Source of the DNA: Octopus vulgaris
Taxonomy: Eukaryota
Direction: 5' to 3'
NCBI GenBank assembly: GCA_951406725.2
Contig: OX597815.1
Location: 49,228,001-49,292,000, forward strand
DNA: 64,000 nucleotides
The notes beneath the pieces were generated by a model. The model worked only from the letters and a program-made list of their open reading frames with translations, was not told the DNA's origin and ran no database searches. Positions 53,982 through 64,000 of the stretch are shown here, piece after piece; within the stretch, counting starts at the first letter, position 1; the number at the start of each line of letters is the position of its first letter. The position numbers were made by a program, and so were the translations under genes.

Positions 53982-54507
53982 AGGTGCAGGAGTGGCCGTG
54001 TGGTAAGTAGCTTGCTTACCAGCCACATGGTTCCGGGTTCATTCCCACTGGGCGACACCCTGGGCAAGTGTCTTCTACTATAACCTCGGGCTGACCAAAG
54101 CCCTGTGAGTGGATTTGGTAGACGGAAACTAAAAGAAGCCCATCGTATATATGTATATATGTGTGTGTGTGTTGCCCCCCCCCTTACTCCTCCCCAATTT
54201 CTTCATTTTTCACTTTTTCCGTAACCCTAAGTAGAAAATCTCCGCATTTTTCCGCATATTTTGATAAAAAAATATTTGTGGGAAAAAAAATTTTATAAAA
54301 ATTTTTGGAACCACTTGACAACCGATGCTGGTGTGTTTACGTCCCTGTAACTTAGCGGTTAGCGGTTCGGTAAAAGAAAGGGATAGAATAAGTACTAGGC
54401 TTACGAAGAATAAGTTCTGAGGTCGATTTGCTCGACTAAAGGCAGTGCTCCAGCATGGCCGCAGTCAAAATGACTGAAACAAGTAAAAGAGTAAAGAGAG
54501 TAAAGAG
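53982..54507 (+). mobile_element. SINE family A with ~130-bp internal insert
   Basis: Colinear with 24729-25115 except 54180-54310. Confidence 0.88.
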
Positions 54508-55307
54508 TATGTTTTGTTTTCTAAGGTGTATCTAATTCTTGTTTTAAGAAGGAAAACGCTTAACATATTGACAAACCAAATATTTTTCAAAAGGAAGCAA
54601 CAACAAAAATAATATCAACAATAATAACAACAATAGTTTCAAGTTTTTGCAGAAGGCCAGCAATTTTATGAAGAGGTAAGTTTGTTGATTATAGTGACCC
54701 AAGTATTTGACTGATACGTTATATTCTTGGCCTCTGAAAAAGGAAAGCAGGATTTGAATTCAGAACATGAAGTGTCAGAAGAAATGCTACAAAGCTTTTT
54801 CTACGATGCAGTAACAATTCTGTCAGCTTATTCCATTAACAATGATTACAAATTTTAGCACAAGGCCAGCAATTTCAGGGGAGGGGGCAAGTCAATTACT
54901 TCGACCCCAGGGTTCAATTGATACTTATTTTATCAACCCTGAAAGTATGAAAGGCAAAGTTGACCTTGCTGTAATTTGAGCTCAGAACAAAATGCTGCTA
55001 AGCGTTTTGCTCAGTATGCTAACAGTTCTGCCAGCTTGCCACTTTATGACAATAGAACTAATAATAATCCTTTCTAATATAGGCACGAGGCCTGAAATTT
55101 TTTTGTGTTGGGTGGTTAAGTCAATTACATTGACCCCAATACTCAAGTGATACTTAATTCACTGACCCCGAAAGGATGAAAGGCAAAATCGACCTTGGTA
55201 GAATTTGAACTCAGAATGCAAAGATGGAAAATTTACTGCTATGCATTTTGCTCAGCATGCTAATGATTCTATTATCTCACTGCCTTATTATTATTATTAT
55301 TATTATT

Positions 55308-55355
<48 letters not shown>

Positions 55356-56960
55356 TTCTACAATAGGCACAAGGCCTGAAATTTTGGGAGAGGGAGTAAG
55401 TCGATTACATTGACCTCAATATTCTATTAGCACTTATTTTATCAACCTGAAAAAGATGATAGGCAAAGTTGACTGCAGCAGAATTTGAACTCAAAACTTA
55501 TAAAGGGGGATTGGTGAATAGAAATTTACTCATGTCAAACTGACCACACTCACTTCCATCCTCATATTGCCTCTTCCAAAGAAGAGAACTTATCTCTTAT
55601 TCTATGTTGCAGGCATTTCTTTCAGAATGACTACAATAACAATGACGATGATGATGATGTTGTTGATGACAACAACAACAGTAATAATAATAATTGCATT
55701 TTAATTATCAGACTTTTGACAGTGTCAGGAACCAATTCCTATTTCAAAAATGTTCAAGGGAAATTTTCAGGTTTTTTTTTAATGTTTATGATAGAATGGT
55801 GAGATCTATTTATTTATTTGTTTATTTATTTAATAATTTCTTCCTTCAGATTGATTATATTTTTATTGCAGATAATGGACATAGGGTACTTCAGAGAGGA
55901 ATACCTAAAGACAGGCAAGACAACAAAAGGGTGTCTTCTTCAGTCTTCATGAAAGTGTGTGTGTGTGTGCCATGGAGATCGTACATGTAGTTCTCTGTAC
56001 ATTTGTGTGTGATGATGATGATGATTATGATGGGGGTGGTGAGCATGGCTTTTTAGCCTATATATGTGTGAATGTGTGTACATGAGTGCATTTGGAAAGA
56101 GAGTGAAAGAGAGAGAGAAGGGGAGGTGATGGAGGAGAAAAGCATGCAAAAGATATTAAAAAAAAGCAAACAAAACAAGGACCAAACAAGTCAGCAAAAA
56201 CAACTATAGAAGTAATAACAACAACAACAACATGAACAGCAACAAGATGGGGGGAAAACAATAGCAACATCATGAACTAAAAATAAATAAAAATCTGTGA
56301 CAATATTTTGAAATTTATCAGTTGGAGAAAGTAAGTTTGGAGATTAAAAAATAAAAAAATAAAAAAATGTAATAAAATAAAATAAATAAAAACGTTTTCC
56401 CATGAAATACATTTCAAAATAAAAAGTAAAAAAAAATATGGAGAAAATTGAAATAAAATTAAAATAAAATTTTAAAAAATACACGAAAATAAAGTAAAAA
56501 AGGCCCAAGAAAAATGGTTAGATTTGGCTTTAAGGAAAACATCTGCAGAAGGTTTTAATCAATACTGGCTTTTGAAGTATTTCATAATATGTGTAGGATG
56601 GAGAATATGATAGTGTGTTTCACTGTGGTAATAGGGAAATTTAGGGTATGTATGTATATGTGTATATATGTGTGTGGTATATGCATGTGGGTGTGATTGT
56701 ATATGTGTATGTTTCTGTTAGGGATGTAAAAGGTTTGTGCATGTATTTGGTGGTTACATGCATGTACATGTATATTTATAAATGCATACATATATATACA
56801 TGTATGTACGTATATATATATATATATATGTTTGTGTGTGTATATATATATAGATAAAAAGATATCTATCACACTGGTGTGTGGTTATATGTGACAGTAG
56901 AATGGCGTGTTTGGTTATTTATATGTGTACAGTTATCTAAGTAATATATATATGTGTGTG

Positions 56961-57003
<43 letters not shown>

Positions 57004-57865
57004 ATATATTTATGTATATGTGTATATATATATATGTGTGTGTGTATATTTATGTACACATTCAATTACACGTATATTTCAACAATTATGTGACATACAG
57101 CCACATTGCAATATGTATGTCTCTATATATCAATCTATTTTTCTATCTATATATCTATCTACTAATCAATCTATCATTTCCCCTCTCTCTCTACCCATGT
57201 ATGTATGTGTGTGTGTTTTTGCATGTTTGTAAAGTTCTGTGTGTGACTGAATATGCGTGCATGGGAATTAGTGGTTGTGTGTGATTGTATATACAAGTAT
57301 GTGTATGCTTACATACATATATCAGATCACAATCTGTGTGTATATACATCTATGTATGAGTATGATTGTGCAAATGCATGTTAAGTTTAGTGTGTATAAT
57401 GCATTTACACTGTGTGTACATGTATTTTTCATTTGTCTGCCTATCTATATTTTGTTACAGATATTCTTTTTATTACTATAGAAGCAATGTGGCAGTGAGT
57501 GTAAGGTATTAGACTACCAACACAGACATCGGGAGTTCAATTCTAATGCAGGTGTGTCATTATGTATTTGGACATCATATATAATTCTACATCACTTAAT
57601 TTACCTATCAGGAATAGTTACCAGACAATTTAGGAATATAATTCAGAAGATTTACCATTCTATCTCTGAACACTGTAAATGTGGAACTTATGACTAATCG
57701 CATCAAATGATAAAGAATAACCACATTGCGAGATATCCATGCAGCAGAAACATATGTCAGACTGAGGCTTAAATTAGATATGCCATATAACTGTCTGTAA
57801 TTATGAAAACTGTGTTGATGTATAATTCTCCTTATCTATTTGAATTGTTATATATCATCAAATGT

Positions 57866-58192
57866 TTTAAATTCAGGTTTTGTCCTCATTAATTTCAGAC
57901 CATAGCAACTGCCCTCACACCATTTCACCATCTTGTCCAGTTTTGGGCATCCTCCTTTTTCAAACCAACCTTCCCAATCTCCTCTCCACCAGTCCCCCAC
58001 CTTTTCTTCGGTCTACCTCACTTTCATGCTCTATTTACCTCAAACACAATCACCCTCCTCAAAACATGCCCATACTACCTCACTCCATTCACCCTTGCCA
58101 ACCATTCTGATTTCTCCAACCCCAGCATTTCCATCAAATCCTCAGTCCTCCTCTTATCAAACAGCTTCACCTCACACATTTCTCTCACCATC
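57866..58192 (-). mobile_element. RTE-type LINE 3' fragment
   Basis: MVREMCEVKLFDKRRTEDLMEMLGLE...VR*YGHVLRR...GRPKKRW...GLKKEDAQNWTRW. Confidence 0.78.
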
Positions 58193-58234
58193 GCTCTCTC
58201 AGTCCTTCTCAAAATTACCATATATATTATTTAA

Positions 58235-58872
58235 TAGACACAACAAATGTTTTCATGTGCTACTAATAGTTCTCTATGTTGAGAAATATCTCAAACATAT
58301 TCATGAAGCACAGATTACATATGACAAATTAAAAATGGAATGAGACAAGAAACAGGAAATGTTGAGAAGGAAGCATATAAAAAACGTAGATCAAATAACT
58401 GTAAGATCCCTTACTCACTACAGAACTCTAGGTCTGAAATTTTCGGTGATTGTAAACATATGACTAAATACATTTTGAAGAATTAGAAAATTCAACCTAT
58501 ACCTGAAGCTATGTTTTGCTGAAAGAGCATAGATCTAAGATCCCTAACTCACTACAGAACTCTAGGTCTGAAATTTTCAGTGATTGTAAACATATGACTA
58601 AATACATTTTGAAGAATTAGAAAATTCAACCTATACCTGATTAAGTGGTTGATATCTTTCCAGCCTTATAATTTAAGGTCTAAGGAAGATTACTCATTTA
58701 TTTATTTGTTTCTTTTTCAGTTTTCTATATGCTTCCTTCTCAACTTTTTGCACTTTCTCTCTCATTCAATTTTTAGTTCATTATGATATGTGGTTTTTGC
58801 CTGATGAATATGTTTGAAATATTTCTCAATGTATGAAACTATTAGTAACATATAATAACGTGCTGTGTCTCC
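58235..58872. mobile_element. element with ~150-bp terminal inverted arms, each with a hammerhead motif (family H3), and an internal 105-bp direct duplication
   Basis: 58235-58390 is the approximate reverse complement of 58715-58872. Internal direct repeats at 58402-58506 and 58536-58640. Confidence 0.7.
58798..58850 (+). ncRNA. hammerhead motif (family H3)
   Basis: TGC CTGATGA ATATGTTTGAAATATTTCTCAATGTAT GAAA CTA T TAG TA ACA. The inverted copy at 58258-58310 has TGC...CTATTAG TA GCA, restoring stem I. Confidence 0.6.
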
Positions 58873-60123
58873 TTGTTGTGATATCACATGACTGTTGTAT
58901 TAATTTTGAATATTCTGTGAAAACATGTCTTGGCAATAATACCTTGCTTGGAAACAGATAAGAGTTGGCAAAAGAAAGAGCTTATGGTTGTAGAATATCC
59001 ACCTCAGTAAACTCTGTCTGACCCATACAAGCATGGAAAAGTGGATGTTAGGACAAGAAGAAGGATGATGATAATGAGGAAGAGGAGGAATTATATCTAT
59101 ATCATCATCCTCATCATTTAATGTCCGTTTTCCATGCTAGCATGGGTTGGACGATTTGACAAAAGTTTACCAGCTGAAGGGCTGGTCAGGCTCCATGTCT
59201 GTTTTGGAATGGTTTCTATGGCTGGATACCCTACCTAATGCCAACCACTTTACAAAGTATGCTGGATGCTTTTATATAGCATTGGTATTAGTGTTTTTAC
59301 ATGGTGTCCCACGTGTGCTTTTACATGACACTGCATAGGTGCTTTTATGTGACACTGCACAGGCACTTTTACATGGCCATATGTAAGAATATATGATTGG
59401 ATCTTGGATCTTTGTGTTTCGTGACAGGAGTGTGTGGTGCAGGCACAGGTTATTGGGTTACGGTAAGAAATTTTCTTCACAACCATGAGAGCACAACTTC
59501 AATTCTACCACACAACACCACAGTCAAGTGTCTTCTTTGATAGCTCCAAGCTAATATGATTGTATTTATATGCATTTTTCTTATGATTTTGTATATGTAT
59601 TTTGTGCTCATGTGCAGTTTTGTGTATTTATTGTGTTGTGTGCATTTGTATGAACTTGTTTCAATACAGATATATGTATGCTTTACTGTACAAATAGATA
59701 TTTAAGCTATAGTTAGCCAATGCAAATCCAGCTGGAACATCACATCTATAAAATCCTTACTTGTCTATCTGCTATTTATATTATCATTGCCCAAGTATAA
59801 CAGTAAATTGTCAGATTCATTAGAGCTTGTAGTATTTTGTTCTGCCAAAGTCAATTATTTTAATATTTGCTGAAGATCGGTATTTTTTTCTCCTGGGAAC
59901 CAATAAACAAGCTAAGCAGCATAGGTTGGGAAATGATGTATGCATTTAGTGATTCTTGTTATTTAGTGATGACCATTCATACTTATTGTATCAATATAGA
60001 AAGAGCTAGTAGTTGATTATTCTCTCTCTTCTTCTCTAGAATAAATCAGCTGTGCTCAGGTTCAGATGGCCAAGACATATGTCACATTGGTGTCCCTACA
60101 TTTTCCATCAGAAGCTGAGGGTA

Positions 60124-60354
60124 TAACCATTCTGACACCAACCCACAAGTGACCACTCCTGATTCTATGATACAAACTTCCTGATTTCAAGTGGTCTAAA
60201 TTAAAACCTTCCACCAATATTCCATGTTAATTTATGTTCCTAACCCCAGACTAATAACGACAAAGTTATATTACTAAATTCTCTATTATTTTTCAAAACT
60301 AATTTAAACAAAAGAAGTGACTTCAAAAGAAATATAGTAAATGAAAAGGGTTAA
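60124..60354. mobile_element. TTAA-type MITE, family M2
   Basis: Shares TTCCACCAA, TAATTTATGTTCCTAAC and TTACTAAATTC with 46668-46891 and ends AAAGGGTTAA. Confidence 0.65.
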
Positions 60355-60442
60355 GATAGAAAAGAAAGAAGGAAAGGTATCTCAAACTGTTGTTGTTATG
60401 TTTTTTCACTTAGTATTATGACAAATAGAACAGGATATGAAG

Positions 60443-60672
60443 ACGACGAGCTGGCAGAAACGTTAGCACGCCGGGCGAAATGCTTAGTGGTATTTCATCT
60501 GCAGTTACGTTCTGAGTTCAAATTCCACCGAGGTCGACTTTGCCTTTCATCATTTCAGGGTCGATAGATTAAGTACCAGTTATGTACTTAGATCGATGTA
60601 ATTGACTTAATCCCTTTGTCTGTCCTTGTTTGTCCCCTCTATGTTTAGCCCCTTGTGGGTAATAAAGAAATA
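60443..60672 (+). mobile_element. tRNA-derived SINE family B, full length
   Basis: GAGCTGGCAGAAACGTTAGC...GAGTTCAAATTCC...GTCGACTTTGCCTTTCATC...AAGTACCAG...AATAAAGAAATA. 18-bp TSD with one mismatch (60421-38 / 60673-90). Confidence 0.9.
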
Positions 60673-60690
60673 ACAAATAAAACAGGATAT

Positions 60691-60910
60691 TTAACTCTTT
60701 AGCATACAGGTCAAATTTAATGCTTATTTATTCACTTTGTTTTGAATTAACCATGTATGATCTTGTAGCCTTGAAATTTCGATTATGTAATTGTATATAT
60801 TTAGAATAACATTGTAGGGTAGATGTGAGAGGCCAGATGTGGTCAGTTTGAACATAAAACAAATAGAGTATTTTGGTTGGATATGGCCAGTTTAAATGCT
60901 AAATGGTTAA
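60691..60910. mobile_element. TTAA-flanked MITE, family M1
   Basis: TTAA|CTCTTTAGCAT ... ATGCTAAATGG|TTAA. Confidence 0.75.
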
Positions 60911-61259
60911 TTATAATATTTCTTATGACTTAGCACTTGCATCAACTTAAATAGGAGAGATTGTGTAGTATACAGAAATGACCCCACTCTATTAAAACCT
61001 TCTGAGCAAATGAGGAATATATGATACTTTTGAGGTCAATGAGAAACCCTCTGCAAAGTTACTTAATTTACTAGGAATAGCAGGCAAATAATCCTTTGAA
61101 CTACCATCTTTAAAAAAATGTATATATACATTAGATAATTTAGGTCTGGTAACAGTTTCAGAAAAAGAATAGATGGGATAGCTGGACTTAAATATCTGTA
61201 GTTATAAGTCTATTTAAACAGGGCAAACTTGTGACTAAATCACAACATCAAAAATAGGT

Positions 61260-61500
61260 GATGCATTTGCACAAGCCAACAAGACTTGTGGACCAGAAAC
61301 TGGAGCATGTCTGTTAATGGTTATATGCCAATAAGTTTAGAAGCCCTTATCTGGGTGTAGTTCAGAATGTCTCTGTGTATACTAATGGCATTGTTCCAAA
61401 TGGAAGAGCAGTGCCCCACTGAAGGTCTCACTTGAACCTTGCAGAATGTCAGCAGAATGACTGGGGGCTGAAATATTTTCTGACCCTGAGTCATGTAGAG
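61260..61500 (-). mobile_element. CR1/Jockey-group LINE RT C-terminal fragment
   Basis: LLTFCKVQVRPSVGHCSSIWNNA...DILNYTQIRASKLIG resembles LL.LYKAQVRP.MEYCS.IW. Confidence 0.65.
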
Positions 61501-61638
61501 AATTATGAAATATAAACATATAAACACTTTCATTTTGTGATTTGTGGTAATTACTAAATGAAATGCTTTGAAATAACTTTTGTGATTAAAAAAAAATGGA
61601 ACTTTTATTGTTTCTTGATCAAGAACCTCATCTGGTGT

Positions 61639-61836
61639 AAAATTTTGGCACAAAGCCAGAAATTTCCCGCGAGGGACAAATTGATTACATTGACCTCCAG
61701 TGTACAACTGGTACTTATTTTATCAACCACAAAAGGATGAAAGTTAAACTCAGTGAAATTTGAACTCAGAACATGAAGGTGGACAAAATGCTGCATTTTG
61801 CCCAGCATGCTAACAATTCTGCCAGCTCACTGCCTT
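61639..61836 (-). mobile_element. SINE family B
   Basis: Reverse complement of family B. Confidence 0.82.
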
Positions 61837-61884
61837 ACAACCTCAGTAAAAAGTGTCATAGTTGAGTTTAAAGATGGAGTTCAT

Positions 61885-62495
61885 CACTTTGATTGGCTAG
61901 TACGTGTGGCCTACTTAAAAACATATCTTATGTCATATATGAATTAAATTTAATTTCACAAGGATGAACATATATATTTTTACGGTTTATGAGAAAGTGA
62001 GAGCAACAGTTGAAAAACTGGATTTGTGAAAACAACAGGTTATAAAAAATGAATTTTAAAGTTCTTTGGAGCATTATGTAATTTTTAAAAAAATTATTTT
62101 CTCTTAATCCAAACCAACAAAATATGGATTAAAGATCCAATCAGTGTGAAAATAGAAAATGAAGGAATGTTACAGTTAAATGAAGCAGAAATGGATTCTT
62201 TCATTGGACTTTCATGCGACAGTGCTGTAAAACAAAAATCTGACATCTTTCAATTTAATTTTTGGTTAGGTTTTCAACAAAGATATTCAAATTTATATGA
62301 AAAAGCCTTATGATTTTTAATGCTTTTGCTACAACTTATAACAGCAAAACTGAATTCTCAACTTCGGTTTCCTTAAAAAATAAGCATCATAAGTGATAGG
62401 TTGTCAAGCAAGATTTGATGCTAAAATTAACTTCCTTTCTTTTTGATGTACAATTGTTATTTGATAGCAAACATCATCAGCTTTTACATTCACAT
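61885..62495 (+). pseudogene. hAT (Charlie/Buster-type) transposase C-terminal remnant
   Basis: WLVRVAYL, ELNLISQG, WIKDP, FWLGFQQRYSNLYEKAL, FATTY...EFST...KNKH, DLMLKLT; broken by stops and frameshifts. Confidence 0.75.
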
Positions 62496-62898
62496 TTCTA
62501 AAAAAAAAATGAAATCTCTTTTGCATTCTAAATTTTGTCAATTTTCTTTCATAAATAAATACATGCTTAATTATATTTTGTAATTTATAACTTTGTTCAA
62601 TAAACTGTAGAATTTAATTGCATTTATGTATTCATCATCAATCCTCTGGCCAGAAACTTTGTAGATATAAAAGAAATCCAGATTAGACATGGCTCTGTAA
62701 GTAATGGAGCTCATTTCATAAGCACATGGTCTTGAGTTCTATTCCATTGTGTGCAATCTTCTGAGATCTCCTCCCTGTTCATCTTTTCTGCAGATGTTGA
62801 CATGCAACAACTAATGACTCATGTGCACAATTTGTTGACAGAAATTGTAAGGAAGCCCACCATATGTGTGTGTATATGTATATGTACATATGTATATT

Positions 62899-63197
62899 TA
62901 TTTATTTATTTATGCGCCCTTTTCAAGCCTAGCCAGGCTCATGGGCCCGGTTTCCCAGTTTCTGTGGAGTATGGGACACCAGTCCATTGCAGCATTACTC
63001 AAGAAACAGGAAGAGAGAGTGAGAGAAAGTTGGGGTGAAAGAGTACAACAGGGGTCGCCACCGCCCCCTGCTGGAGCCTCGTGGTGCTTTAGGTGTTTTC
63101 ACTCAATAAACACACACAACGCCTGGTTTGGGAATCGAAACCGCGATCCTCCGACCTCGAGTGCACTGCCCTAACCATTGGGCCATTGTACCTCCAC
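62899..63197 (-). mobile_element. tRNA-derived SINE family E
   Basis: Head GTGGAGGTACAATGGCCCAATGGTTAGGGC...GGTTTCGATTCCC (A/B boxes); (TAAA)n tail. Confidence 0.78.
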
Positions 63198-63724
63198 ACA
63201 CACACATATATATATGCACACATATTTGATAAGCAAATAAAGGTCAGTGAAAGGAAAGTCATCTGGCTGTAAAATACTACATTAAATGAATCTCTGCTCA
63301 TTCCATGAAAAAGCAAATGTGAAAAGGAATGAATAAAAGCAAAATTATATATATTTTAAAAGCTGGTTTGTCTTCTGACACCATATCAAAAGCGCACTAG
63401 GCTGATAACATCCCAGGAAAATATGGCATTGTTTTAGGCCAGGCCAGCTTGAATTACATTGCAGGCTACTTTAATCACAAAAAGTTTTTAAGGGCCTCTT
63501 GTATACTGACAGCATTGAAAGCATTTTGCTTTCTCATGCTATTATTACAATAATGAATGAATGATCATGGATTCAACATGAAATATTACCATTGAAAAAA
63601 CAGTAGTATCTTTCTTTTTTAGTTTTCATTATGATCTTTAATTTTTTATAAAACTTTTAAAAATGTTTGTCTAAATAAACCCATTTCAAGAAAGTATCAG
63701 GCAGGTTACAAGATAAAACGTTAG

Positions 63725-64000
63725 CCAGAGGCAGATATGGCTGGTCTTCTTGAACATTTCCTAATCCAGGATGGATGAGCATTGGGTTCATCACTTTAAG
63801 TCATAGACAAAGAGACAGTCCAGGTAGTGGAAACATCCCTCCTCACTTTCTCCAAAGAAGGCCAAGGTCATTGCATCTGCAGGGAAGGTGATGGTCTCAG
63901 TTGTTTTGGGATGCAAAAAACATTGTGTTCATTGACTATCTTCAAAAGGGTCACACCATCACTGGAGAGTACAATGCCAACTTGCTGAGGCAGTTATGAG
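63725..64000 (+). pseudogene. mariner transposase fragment running off the window end
   Basis: DEHWVHHF, TKRQS..WKH, PKKAKVIASAGKVMVSV.WDAKNIVFIDYLQKGHTITGEY, with frameshifts. Confidence 0.88.

Larger units (their letters stand above)
51573..55497 (-). mobile_element. cluster of about nine co-oriented family B SINEs, mostly separated by (TAA)n-type tracts
   Basis: Copies at about 51573, 51705, 52720, 53020, 53163, 54635, 54850, 55068 and 55355, all on the minus strand. Confidence 0.8.

Noticed and set aside
55872-55952. Acceptor-like TTTTTATTGCAG followed by a 25-codon ORF (MDIGYFREEYLKTGKTTKGCLLQSS)
   Set aside because: Too short and unrecognised; such signals arise by chance in AT-rich DNA.

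Overview
AT-rich, repeat-saturated animal genomic DNA. The SINE families, microsatellite load and composition suggest an octopus, though this is inferred from recalled repeat families, not a search. No intact host protein-coding exon could be supported: nearly all listed ORFs are microsatellite or SINE read-throughs, so the window is probably intronic or intergenic. It holds dozens of tRNA-derived SINEs in several families, two mariner and one hAT transposase relics, an internally deleted Gypsy LTR element, RTE/CR1/R4-type LINE fragments, TTAA-flanked MITEs and a U6 snRNA pseudogene. The most notable signal is at least three (possibly five) unrelated families of short elements carrying minimal type-I hammerhead ribozyme motifs (CUGAUGA...GAAA-short palindromic stem III-UH), mostly as inverted pairs. 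One family fuses a tRNA-like Pol III head, an (AAT)n linker and a hammerhead-bearing tail, with target-site duplications at two of its three insertions (12259-12587, 18691-19354, 48566-49104). Several long palindromes with little or no spacer are also present, up to about 1.8 kb at 35200-36995.
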